This document shows positions 9,581 through 18,675 of a stretch of DNA of 64,000 nucleotides, piece by piece. Positions within the stretch are counted from its first letter, which is position 1. Each line of letters starts with the position of its first letter. This DNA is from an uncultured bacterium (GTDB lineage: Bacteria; RBG-13-61-14; CAYWKU01), in NCBI GenBank assembly GCA_964459325.1, contig CAYWKU010000017.1, positions 3,856 to 67,855 of the forward strand, in the 5' to 3' direction. A model generated the notes under the pieces. The model was not told the DNA's origin. It made no database searches and was given only the letters and a program-made list of their open reading frames with translations. The position numbers were made by a program, and so were the translations under genes.

Positions 9581-9784
9581 GTGACAGCCATCGAACCGAA
9601 GGATAATAATACCGAAAGCTCCGACTCGCGCGAAAAGCCCTTGAAACCCCCGGCAACTGAAGAGAATCAAAAAACTCGGAGCGCGGGGGATAAGGGGGAG
9701 CTCAGCGACGAAGAGTACTGGGAGGAAATGCTCTTCATCTCCCTCGGCCCGTGCGGCTGGAACATCGGCTGCGGGTGCGGCTGA
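9581..9784 (+). CDS. Small peptide with acidic leader and Cys/Gly C-terminal core (putative radical SAM substrate)
   Basis: 67 aa ending ELSDEEYWEEMLFISLGPCGWNIGCGCG-TGA. Co-oriented upstream of trxC and a radical SAM/SPASM gene. Confidence 0.55.
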   Translation: MTAIEPKDNNTESSDSREKPLKPPATEENQKTRSAGDKGELSDEEYWEEMLFISLGPCGWNIGCGCG

Positions 9785-9828
9785 AGGCAATTCATACATA
9801 ACATCACAATCGGAGAGGAACGGACTCT

Positions 9829-10272
9829 TTGAGCGATAACACCACTATAATAGTGTGCCCCAACTGCGGCTCGAAGAACAGGGTGGAGCTTGACAGGGCG
9901 AGGCAAAATCCGACATGCGGCAAGTGCAAAAATTCGCTTCCACTGGAAAAACCGGTCGAAGCCGGCGATTCCGACTTCGACAGCCTGGTAACCCGCTCAC
10001 CGGTTCCCGTGCTGGTGGACTTCTGGGCGCCGTGGTGCGGCCCTTGCAGGATGGTGGCCCCGGTGTTGGAAGAGTTGAGCCGCGAGTACGCCGGGAGGTT
10101 ATCGGTAGTAAAGGTAAACACTGACGACAACCGGGAAGTTGCGCAGAGGTTCGGAATTATGAGCATACCTACTCTCATTCTCTTCAAAAACGGAGAGCAG
10201 GCCGAAAGGTTGACGGGCGCCGTCCCCAAGGCTCACCTGGAAGAAGTCATCAGAAAGCACATAACCGACTGA
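9829..10272 (+). CDS. trxC: Thioredoxin 2 (zinc-finger TrxC type)
   Basis: N-terminal CPNC...CGKC and active site WCGPC. Confidence 0.92.
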   Translation: MSDNTTIIVCPNCGSKNRVELDRARQNPTCGKCKNSLPLEKPVEAGDSDFDSLVTRSPVPVLVDFWAPWCGPCRMVAPVLEELSREYAGRLSVVKVNTDDNREVAQRFGIMSIPTLILFKNGEQAERLTGAVPKAHLEEVIRKHITD

Positions 10273-10337
10273 ATTTTCCAGATAACCGATTATCACGGTT
10301 TCCATGCGGATGATGTTGGTTTATCTTCTTACCAGGC

Positions 10338-11348
10338 ATGTTCAAGGGTATCAACATCGAAACCAGCGCCACCTGCAACCTCAAGTGCAGGCTTTGCCCC
10401 ACCACCAGCTACCCCGCTTACACCCGTAACGGCTACATGAGCACGCGGGTGCTGGAAAAAATATTGGACGGCATTCGTCCGCCGGAAGAACCGATTGACC
10501 TTACCGGCTGGGGCGAGCCCCTCATGAATCCCCATTTTCCGTCGTTTCTCGATAAACTCGAAAAGGTAACCTTTACCACCAACGGACACCTGTTGGACTC
10601 AAGGTGGGCGGAGAAAACAATCGACAAGCTCGTAAACGCGGTGGCTTTCAGCATCGACGCCGCTACCGAAGAAACTTATATAAACATCCACGGCCGCGGG
10701 GATTCCAACCTGGTGTGGGAAAACATGGAAGGGCTTCGCAAGAGCCGGGAGTTCGCGGGGGTCGAAATTCCTCACATAAGCGCTCATTTCCTGTTGATGG
10801 CTTCCAACATCCGGGAGCTGCCCGACTTTGTAAGGAGAGCCGCCGATTGCGGCGCCGACGAGGTTATCGTCAAGCACGTGGCCCTGTTCGCCCGACCCGG
10901 CCAGGAGAAAGAGGCGCTTTTCACCGGCTTTTTCAAGCACACCGAGCCGGATACCATCTTGCGGGACGAAATGCTCCGGGCAGCGGAGGAAATCTCAGAA
11001 AAAGCCGGGATAGACTTGAGGAAAGCCGGCGCCGATGAGGCGGAGGCGGTAACCGGCTGCTTCGGAGAAGCTACCCGAAGGCCCTTTGTGGCCAGGGACG
11101 GTACGGTATCCCCCTGCTGCGTGCTGGCTCACCAGGTGCCCCGCCTCGACCCGGAAGGCGCTCCCGTCACATCACCCACCTTGTCCTTCGGTAGCATCGA
11201 GCAAACTTCGCTGGAAGAAATCTGGAATCAACCGGAGTACGAGGTTTTTCGCAAGTCATTGGAAAATAAGGATAAACCGGCGGAATGTCGCAATTGTCTG
11301 GGAGGGTGGTCCGTAACAGTTGACATTTCAACATCAGAAACAAAATAA
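10338..11348 (+). CDS. Radical SAM protein with C-terminal SPASM/twitch domain
   Basis: CNLKCRLC (CxxxCxxC), GWGEPL, and C-terminal GC..DGTVSPCC..SLEEIW..CRNC. Confidence 0.9.
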   Translation: MFKGINIETSATCNLKCRLCPTTSYPAYTRNGYMSTRVLEKILDGIRPPEEPIDLTGWGEPLMNPHFPSFLDKLEKVTFTTNGHLLDSRWAEKTIDKLVNAVAFSIDAATEETYINIHGRGDSNLVWENMEGLRKSREFAGVEIPHISAHFLLMASNIRELPDFVRRAADCGADEVIVKHVALFARPGQEKEALFTGFFKHTEPDTILRDEMLRAAEEISEKAGIDLRKAGADEAEAVTGCFGEATRRPFVARDGTVSPCCVLAHQVPRLDPEGAPVTSPTLSFGSIEQTSLEEIWNQPEYEVFRKSLENKDKPAECRNCLGGWSVTVDISTSETK

Positions 11349-11491
11349 ATGTAAGCCCGGGAATAAGTAATATAACCCTGCGGAATAAAACGGAAAAATC
11401 GCACGAATAAGCGCTCGTTGACATTTGGGCCTCTGCCGTTCATCCTTTTCTTGACCTATAAATAAAAATTGGAACAAAATCTATAAAGGCT

Positions 11492-13006
11492 ATGAGCTTA
11501 TCATCGGAAAAATTCTCCGGCCCCATCAGGCGCCGGCGCTTCATAAAAACCGTCGGGACCCTTTCGGCGTGCGCGCCCGTGTTTGGCGTAACCCCCAAGC
11601 CGCTTCTGGAGCCTCTTTTCCGGAAGGAGCAAACGCCGACTCCCGCTGCGGATACTCCGGAGCAACCCTGGGATGAGGGTTTTGCCGCGGTATTCGCCGA
11701 GCTGGAGAAAAACCTTCAGGGAAAAACGCCCCTGCTCCGAAACAGGTGGGCCAAGCCCGCTCCGCGCACATTCGCCACCTACCTTTGGGACACCTGCTTC
11801 ATTGCGCAAGTGTGGAAGCTGTGGAGGCCGGAAATCGGCTACGAAATATTAAAACCCTTCTTTTTAAAACAAAGGTCCGGCGGCCGGATTCCGAACGAGG
11901 TGGATTTCATTCAAAGCGGCTCCGGGATTCATCCGCCCCTGTTATCCTGGACGGTTTCGCAGCTTTCGGCGGCCAAGCCTCAAATCGAGTTCCTGAAAGA
12001 GGTTTATCCGGCACTGGTTAAGCACATCGAGTGGCTGAACAAAAATCGCTATCGCGACGGTTTCTATTTCTGGGAAAAACCTTCGGAGTCCGCGATGGCC
12101 GGCTCCCCCCGCTTCACGACGAAAGACAACGGCGCCCCGAACATGGAAAAGTTCATACCCGTGGACTTGAATAGCGAGATGGTGCTGGAGTTGCAAAGCC
12201 TGGCCGGGCTGGCCCGCATGTTGGGAAAGTCGAAGGACGCCGGAGCGTTCGAGAACCGGGCTAAGCTGGTCGGCGAGAGAATAAACCACAAAATGTGGAA
12301 CGCCGAAAGCGGCATGTACTTCGACATACATGACGGGCGGCCCCATAAAATCCCCACCGTCGCCTCGTTCTTCCCCATGATAGCCGGTATACCGGATAAA
12401 AATCGCACCGCGGAACTGGTAAAGGCCCTTTCCAATCCCGAAAAGTTCTGGTCGGAAATGCCCTACCCCACAGTCGCATTGAACCACCCGTCCTTCGAGC
12501 CCGCCGCATGGCGGGGCGCTGTATGGCTTACCACGTCCTACCTTTTAATCATGGGGTTGGAAAAATGCGGAAAAAGGGAATTGGCCGCCGGCGCCGCTCA
12601 CAGGGTAGTCTCCGCCGTATACAACACCTGGAACAAAAACGGTCACTTTTACGAGTATTATAACCCGAAAACCGGAAACATAAAGGGATTGAACGGGGAG
12701 CGCGGAAGCTTCATAACCAGCATCTTTACCGGAAGCGGTCCCACCAAGGATTACGTCGGTACAACGGGCCTGGTCAACAATCTTCTGGTGGAGCAGATAC
12801 TCGGCATCCGGTGGAAAGACTCAAACCTGGAAATATCCCCCGCCTTGCCCCTGAGCTGGCGGGAGCGTACCGTCAAGTACAAAAGTCCCTTTTTGAATCT
12901 GAATTTGAGTCTCAAGCTCGAAGCGCCGGACAGGGTGAGGGTCAAGGTGGCCGGCCCGAACGTTCAGGACAAGGTAGTTGCGAACGTGGTGCCATGGAGT
13001 CCATAA
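11492..13006 (+). CDS. Tat-exported glycoside hydrolase-like protein (GH63/MGH1/trehalase-like fold)
   Basis: Twin-arginine RRRFIK, plus YLWDTCF, PPLL, VDLNS, WRGAVW and FYEYYNP. Confidence 0.8.
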   Translation: MSLSSEKFSGPIRRRRFIKTVGTLSACAPVFGVTPKPLLEPLFRKEQTPTPAADTPEQPWDEGFAAVFAELEKNLQGKTPLLRNRWAKPAPRTFATYLWDTCFIAQVWKLWRPEIGYEILKPFFLKQRSGGRIPNEVDFIQSGSGIHPPLLSWTVSQLSAAKPQIEFLKEVYPALVKHIEWLNKNRYRDGFYFWEKPSESAMAGSPRFTTKDNGAPNMEKFIPVDLNSEMVLELQSLAGLARMLGKSKDAGAFENRAKLVGERINHKMWNAESGMYFDIHDGRPHKIPTVASFFPMIAGIPDKNRTAELVKALSNPEKFWSEMPYPTVALNHPSFEPAAWRGAVWLTTSYLLIMGLEKCGKRELAAGAAHRVVSAVYNTWNKNGHFYEYYNPKTGNIKGLNGERGSFITSIFTGSGPTKDYVGTTGLVNNLLVEQILGIRWKDSNLEISPALPLSWRERTVKYKSPFLNLNLSLKLEAPDRVRVKVAGPNVQDKVVANVVPWSP

Positions 13007-13031
13007 TAGAAAGCAACACGGGGACTTTGTC

Positions 13032-14420
13032 GTGAAAATATTGTTTGTAGTCCATAGATTCCTGCCGAAACATCAGGCCGGGACGGAAATATATACCTAC
13101 ACGCTGGCCAAAGAAATGTCGGAAAGACACGAGGTCAGCATTCTTACCAGCGAAGACGCCGACCTGCCACCCGGCAAGTATCGCATGGAAAAGGACGAAT
13201 ACGACGGGCTGGATGTCTACCGCATCTACCGGGGTGACCCCGCCGACTTCCGCGCCTCTTACCAGGACGACAGGCTGGATGGAATTTTCGCCGGACTGGT
13301 AGACGAACTGAAGCCGGATTTCGTCCATTTCCAGCACCTTTACAGATCGAGCGTAGGGTTCATAACCGTGTTGGCCGAGCGGCGGATTCCAAGGGTACTC
13401 ACGCTGGCGGATTACTGGTTCATCTGTCCCTCGGTGATTATGCTCAAGCCCGACTTCGTCAGGTGCGAAAGCCCCGAGAAAGGCTTCGCATGCGCAAGCT
13501 GCGGCAACGCGGTGGGCGAGGAGTTCGCCGGCGCCGCAGCCGCCAGGCTGTTCGGTAACTCCCCTGCAAGGCAGCAGGCGATGCAGGCGATGCACAAGCT
13601 CAAACATAACATGCCCGAAAGTATGGTGCAGTTCGCAAAGGGGATGAAAGACCGCGCGGTCAGCAACTCGGCCGGCGGCGCAAAAAGGCAGGACCTGCTG
13701 CGACAGCGGTTTGAAACCGTCCTCGACGCCCTGAAGAAAACTAACCTTATACTGGCCCCCTCCCGGTTTCTGAGGGAAAGATACATCGAATCCGGGGTGC
13801 CGCCGTTCAACATTTCTTACTCAGACTACGGTTTCAATACCGACCTGTTTCCGCGCAAGCACAAGAAAAAATTCGAGCCCCCGTTGAAGGTGGGCTATAT
13901 CGGCACCCTTGTCGCCCATAAAGGCGTGCACGTGCTGGTGGAAGCGATGAAACACGTCAGCGACGCCGAGTTGCATATTCACGGCGATACCACTCACTTC
14001 CCCAATTACGTGAAATCATTACAAAAGACGGCCCAGGGACTGCCCGTTTATTTCGAAGGAAGGTTCGACCACGACCGGGCGGCGGAGATACTGTCGAAGA
14101 TGGATATAATGGTGGCGCCCAGCCTGTGGTGGGAAAACTCGCCGTTGACAATTCATGAAGCCTTTCTCATGGGTGTGCCGGTGCTGGCAAGCCGCTGCGG
14201 CGGCATGGGAGAGCTGGTGGCAGACGATATGTTCGTATTCGAGCCGGGCGATTCGGTCGAGCTTGGCAGAATGCTCCAGAGGCTGGCCCAGAAACCTGAG
14301 CTGCTGAACACATTCGGCAACCGCCGGGGGCAGGTAAAAACCATCAAGGAAAACGTGCTCGAGCTGGAAGAAGTTTACGACATCGTGATTCAGAAAATGG
14401 CCGAGGAGAAAAGCAGGTGA
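13032..14420 (+). CDS. Glycosyltransferase family 4
   Basis: KILFVVHRFLP..AGTE, HKGVHVL, PSLWWENSPLTIHEA. GTG start at 13032. Confidence 0.9.
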   Translation: MKILFVVHRFLPKHQAGTEIYTYTLAKEMSERHEVSILTSEDADLPPGKYRMEKDEYDGLDVYRIYRGDPADFRASYQDDRLDGIFAGLVDELKPDFVHFQHLYRSSVGFITVLAERRIPRVLTLADYWFICPSVIMLKPDFVRCESPEKGFACASCGNAVGEEFAGAAAARLFGNSPARQQAMQAMHKLKHNMPESMVQFAKGMKDRAVSNSAGGAKRQDLLRQRFETVLDALKKTNLILAPSRFLRERYIESGVPPFNISYSDYGFNTDLFPRKHKKKFEPPLKVGYIGTLVAHKGVHVLVEAMKHVSDAELHIHGDTTHFPNYVKSLQKTAQGLPVYFEGRFDHDRAAEILSKMDIMVAPSLWWENSPLTIHEAFLMGVPVLASRCGGMGELVADDMFVFEPGDSVELGRMLQRLAQKPELLNTFGNRRGQVKTIKENVLELEEVYDIVIQKMAEEKSR

Positions 14421-15226
14421 GCCTCCGCCGGCCCCGCAAACCTATAGACCCCGATAAAAATTCCCACACAACCGACCACTTTTCCGGTAAACGAGGCGCT
14501 ACTTACGAAAAATTCTGGGACGAAGTGGCCAGTACCCGCGAAGGCGCATACTACGGCGTGGCGGGCCTTCCATTCGGAGAGGCGCCCGACGACGAAAACC
14601 TCGAAAGACACGGCAAACGTACAGCCGGCATCCTTTTGAAAAAGCTGAATCTCGGAAAAACGGATGCGGTACTCGAAGTGGGGGTTGGCGTCGGGAGACT
14701 CGCAAGGGCCATCGCGCCTTACGTGGCCGAGTATCACGGAACCGACATCTCCTCCAACATGATTGAATACGCCCGCTCGAGGTGCGCCGAACTCAACAAC
14801 GGGTTTCTGTATCATGTCCCCGACGGCAGCCTTGGCGCATTTCCCTCGGCCAAGTTTGACGCCGTCATATTCCAGGTGGTGCTTATACACCTGGACAGGG
14901 AAGACGCATTTCACTACCTGGAGCAGGCCCGCAGATTGCTGAAACCGGATGGAAAACTCTGGGCCCAGTTCTATAACCTCCTGCACCCCGGAGGGTGGGT
15001 ACAGTTTCGCTTCGCCGTGGAGCAGGGACTAAAGGAAGGCGATAAATCAAGGGGAAGGGTCCAGGCCTATACCCACCTGGAAGTGCGCAAGTTTGTCGAA
15101 GAAGCGGGGTTTGAGATAAACGAAGAACTCAGCCACCTGGAGCCGCACGAGCAGAAATTCGACTTCGAGACCCCGGACTCCGACTGGCGGTACTACCTGG
15201 TCGCTGTGGCGTCACCCAAGGTATAA
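14417..15226 (+). CDS. Class I SAM-dependent methyltransferase
   Basis: VLEVGVGVGR, DISSNM and RLLKPDG. Overlaps the GT4 stop (GTGA). Confidence 0.88.
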   Translation: MSLRRPRKPIDPDKNSHTTDHFSGKRGATYEKFWDEVASTREGAYYGVAGLPFGEAPDDENLERHGKRTAGILLKKLNLGKTDAVLEVGVGVGRLARAIAPYVAEYHGTDISSNMIEYARSRCAELNNGFLYHVPDGSLGAFPSAKFDAVIFQVVLIHLDREDAFHYLEQARRLLKPDGKLWAQFYNLLHPGGWVQFRFAVEQGLKEGDKSRGRVQAYTHLEVRKFVEEAGFEINEELSHLEPHEQKFDFETPDSDWRYYLVAVASPKV

Positions 15227-15247
15227 AAAGTACGTCAGGTAACCCGC

Positions 15248-16021
15248 TTACTGCTTATCGGCGGAAGAGTAAGCCTTGTTTTTCTTCCTGATATTGACCA
15301 CGCGAAGCGCGAAGGGCCTTGCGTTTAATACTTCGACGGTCATCCTCACATCGCCCTTATTCCATATAACCTTACCCCACTCGCCGGGTTCTACCCATGC
15401 CTCCTCGTCGGGTGGACCCTGAGTTGCTTCGGCGTCTTTTAATATGTCTTCCACGGTCCTGTCCTCGAAACCCTCCGGCTTGAAGTAAATATGAAACGCT
15501 ATCAGGTGGTTCCGGTGGAAATAAAACGTGGTATGGTCCAACGGCCCGCCGCAGTGTTGATAATATACGTAGCGCTTCACCTCCCCCGCCCGCACAGGCA
15601 ACGGCAGCGGCCTCATCTGCCCGGGTCTGCATTCCGTCTTCGGGTCCCTTCCAAGTTTTTGCGCCACCTCCACCGTCTCCTCGTAGTTCATCCCGAGGCA
15701 AAGTATAAAAAAGCAACCGGGCTCAAGAGCCGTCGGCCCGGCGGGTTTTTCCCTGGTCTTTTCGCCGGTGGATATTTCCGCTTCCCGGGTGACCAGGGGG
15801 GAAGGCGCAGTCATTGGGTCGGGAGAAGAAGTCGTAACTTCTCCGGCAGTGTCTTTTTCTACCGCCGGGGGCGGCATTTCGGGAGGAGTAACGGGCTTGG
15901 CGGCGCTCGGCTTCCTGGCCTGCGCCGTTGAAGTTTCCACCGGACGGCGCTCGCGTTTTCCGCCGCATGCGCTCAATGCCGCCACCAGGAGCATCAATAT
16001 TACGAATCGAATTATCCTCAA
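15248..16021 (-). CDS. Hypothetical lipoprotein with Pro/Thr-rich linker
   Basis: Lipobox LSAC after a hydrophobic signal. Start overlaps the lysC stop. Confidence 0.7.
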   Translation of the reverse strand: MRIIRFVILMLLVAALSACGGKRERRPVETSTAQARKPSAAKPVTPPEMPPPAVEKDTAGEVTTSSPDPMTAPSPLVTREAEISTGEKTREKPAGPTALEPGCFFILCLGMNYEETVEVAQKLGRDPKTECRPGQMRPLPLPVRAGEVKRYVYYQHCGGPLDHTTFYFHRNHLIAFHIYFKPEGFEDRTVEDILKDAEATQGPPDEEAWVEPGEWGKVIWNKGDVRMTVEVLNARPFALRVVNIRKKNKAYSSADKQ

Positions 16022-17301
16022 CTTTTCTTTCCTTTTTTCGCGGTGGATTTTTTCTCCGTCGAACCGGTTTTCTTCGGAGTCCTTTTGCTTTTTTCCAACC
16101 CGAACGTCTTGTGCAGCACCCTCACGGCCAACTCCGTGTATTTTTCCTCTATGACGCAGCTTATCTTGACCTCGCTGGTGGAAATCATGAGTATATTCAC
16201 GCCTTCCGACGAAAGGGCGTTGAACATAGTGGTTGCCGCTCCGGCATGGGAGCGCATTCCCACGCCCACCACGCTGACCTTGGCGATGTTCCTGTCTCCC
16301 CGGACTTCCTTGGCTTTCAAGTCTTTTGCCACCTTCTTCACCAACTCCATAGTCTTATTGTAATCGATTTTGGAAACGGTGAAGGTAAGGTCCGCCATCC
16401 CTTCTTCGGAAGCGTTCTGGATAATCATGTCCACCGAAATTCCCGCGTCGCTGACCGGTTTGAATATCTCCTTTGCCACGCCCGGCCTGTCTGGAACGGA
16501 TACCACCGATATCCTTGCCTCGTTAACATCGTGAGCCACACCGGTAACCGCCATCTTTTCCATTTCCGGCTCCTCCGTTGTAACTATTGTGCCCTCCGCG
16601 TCCGACAAGCTGGAGCGGACGTGAATGGGCACGTTGTATTTCAGCGCATACTCGACGCTCCGTATGTGCAGCACCTTGCTGCCCATGCTGGCGAGCTCCA
16701 GCATCTCCTCGTAGCTGATGCGCCGTATTTTTCTCGCTTTCGGCTCTATCCTCGGGTCGGCGGTAAAGACGCCTTCCACGTCGGTGAAAATTTCACATAC
16801 ATCCGCCCCGAGTGCCGAGGCCAGGGCCACCGCGGTGGTGTCCGAGCCTCCCCGGCCCAGGGTGGTGACGTTCCCCTCGGGGTCGATGCCCTGGAAGCCG
16901 GCCACCACAACGATATTCCCCTCCTCGAGGGCCTTCCTGATGTTTTGGGTCTCAACGCCGGTAATGCGGGCCCTGGTGAACGAATTGTCGGTGTTTATCT
17001 TCACTTGGTGAGCCTGAAATGATTTGGCTTTATATCCCATGTGCTTGAGGGTCATCGCCAGCAGCGCGCTGGTCACCTGCTCGCCGGAGCTTACCAGGGC
17101 GTCGTGCTCGCGCTCGTCATGAGAATGACTTACGGAATTGGCCAGGCCTATCAGTTTGTCGGTCTCCCCGGCCATTGCGCTGACCACAATCACCACGTCG
17201 TTACCGGCCTTCTTGTAACCGGCAACCCTTTTGGCGACGTTTTTTATCCGGTCAATGTCGGCCACCGAAGTGCCGCCGTACTTTTGAACTACCGCAGGCA
17301 T
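16018..17301 (-). CDS. lysC: Aspartate kinase
   Basis: [19 protein letters not shown] and C-terminal ACT domains. Confidence 0.96.
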   Translation of the reverse strand: MPAVVQKYGGTSVADIDRIKNVAKRVAGYKKAGNDVVIVVSAMAGETDKLIGLANSVSHSHDEREHDALVSSGEQVTSALLAMTLKHMGYKAKSFQAHQVKINTDNSFTRARITGVETQNIRKALEEGNIVVVAGFQGIDPEGNVTTLGRGGSDTTAVALASALGADVCEIFTDVEGVFTADPRIEPKARKIRRISYEEMLELASMGSKVLHIRSVEYALKYNVPIHVRSSLSDAEGTIVTTEEPEMEKMAVTGVAHDVNEARISVVSVPDRPGVAKEIFKPVSDAGISVDMIIQNASEEGMADLTFTVSKIDYNKTMELVKKVAKDLKAKEVRGDRNIAKVSVVGVGMRSHAGAATTMFNALSSEGVNILMISTSEVKISCVIEEKYTELAVRVLHKTFGLEKSKRTPKKTGSTEKKSTAKKGKKS

Positions 17302-17340
17302 GTTTCCCCGCAAGGCCTCCTTTTTAAAAATGACTCGATT

Positions 17341-17820
17341 CTACAAAGTTTCCGCGAGCTTTCCCATCCCGTCGCCGAAGGCGCGGAAGGCTATCAACCT
17401 CTCCTCATCGTCTTCCCCGAAGGATAACTCCATTTCCAGCCGGTTCAAAGGCAAAAGATTGGGAAATTTTTCCGCCCATTCTATAACCGCCACTCCCCCC
17501 GAGTAGAGGTACTCCTCCACCCCAACCTCAATCGCCTCCGCCTCTTTTGTAAGACGATAGTAATCGACGTGGTAAAAACACCCTCTGCCCCGATACTCGA
17601 TAACGATATTAAATGAGGGGCTTGTAACCTCCTCCTTCACCCCGAACCCGGCCGCTATTCCCTTCACAAACAAGGTTTTTCCCACTCCGAGCGGGCCGCT
17701 GAGGGCCACGACATCACCGGCCCGGAGCAGCTTGCCAAGTTTCTGTCCCAACTCCCACGTGTAACGCGGGCCGGTGGAGCGGAGGTTTTTCACCGTCGCA
17801 TTGTCCTGTCGGTTCTTCAT
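17341..17820 (-). CDS. tsaE: tRNA t6A biosynthesis ATPase TsaE
   Basis: GPLGVGKT, VTSPSF, HVDYYRL and IEWAE. Confidence 0.93.
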   Translation of the reverse strand: MKNRQDNATVKNLRSTGPRYTWELGQKLGKLLRAGDVVALSGPLGVGKTLFVKGIAAGFGVKEEVTSPSFNIVIEYRGRGCFYHVDYYRLTKEAEAIEVGVEEYLYSGGVAVIEWAEKFPNLLPLNRLEMELSFGEDDEERLIAFRAFGDGMGKLAETL

Positions 17821-17934
17821 GGGAAACCTGAATACTAAGATAATACTCCATAGTTGTAAATATAGCGCCGCCCTTCTCCGATTATCGAATCAAGATTCCG
17901 AACAGCGCGCAAGATATGGCGGCAATCGGGGCTG

Positions 17935-18327
17935 TTATTTTTCCGTACAATGCCGTCGAAAAAATCCAGCGGCTTCCGTCTTGTCCGTCTTTCCTTCGGC
18001 TATAGACCACACCATTGCCTCGAAGCTGTCTTCATCGGCATTAAGCTCGATTCCGTTCATCGTGAGAAAAACAACGGCCGCCACAGCCCCGGTTCGTTTG
18101 TTTCCGTCCATAAAAGGGTGGTTACGTATGATGTGAAACAGGTAAGCGGCGGCCATCTGGTAGATATCGGAATGGAAGTAGTCGTTGTAAGAGGCGGCGG
18201 ACGGCATCGCCACGGCGGACCGAAGCAACTCCATGTTCCGGATACCGGGCTTCCCGCCGTAGCGCTCTATCTGGTCGCGGTGGATTAGAATAACCTCGTC
18301 GAGGCCGAGGAAGAGCGGTTCGGTCAA
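17935..18327 (-). CDS. doc: Doc (death-on-curing) family toxin
   Basis: Doc-type Fic motif HPFMDGNKRTG. Confidence 0.92.
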   Translation of the reverse strand: MTEPLFLGLDEVILIHRDQIERYGGKPGIRNMELLRSAVAMPSAASYNDYFHSDIYQMAAAYLFHIIRNHPFMDGNKRTGAVAAVVFLTMNGIELNADEDSFEAMVWSIAEGKTDKTEAAGFFRRHCTEK

Positions 18328-18551
18328 CTTCCCAGCCTTTTAAGCGCCCGTCCGTATTTCCTGTTGGTTTTTTCGAGAGCTTCCTCAAACTCCTTGCGGC
18401 GTTTTTCGTCCCTTACCGGTGAAATAATGAGCACCTTGCCGTCGGTGGAGATATCGAGGGGAGTCTCGCTGTCAATGTCCAAGAGCTCAAGCACTCCCTT
18501 ATCGATTACAAGCGCCAGGCTGTTACCGTGTCTGGTCAGTTTCTTTAACAA
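18324..18551 (-). CDS. AbrB/MazE-type antitoxin
   Basis: KLTRHGNSLALVI. Overlaps the doc start. Confidence 0.88.
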   Translation of the reverse strand: MLKKLTRHGNSLALVIDKGVLELLDIDSETPLDISTDGKVLIISPVRDEKRRKEFEEALEKTNRKYGRALKRLGS

Positions 18552-18580
18552 CTATAAAATCCCCCTCTTTTCAGTCTAAC

Positions 18581-18620
18581 ATTGTATCTATATTGTATCA
18601 CCATTGGGGTCTTTCGTCAA
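18581..18620 (-). promoter_or_regulatory. Sigma70 promoter of the AbrB-Doc module with a direct-repeat operator
   Basis: Minus strand TTGACG-17-TACAAT. GATACAAT occurs twice over and just downstream of the -10. Confidence 0.65.
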
Positions 18621-18675
18621 GGTCAACAAAAATATTGGGTATAATTCCTGTGGCTTACGCCACCCGACTTACGTT

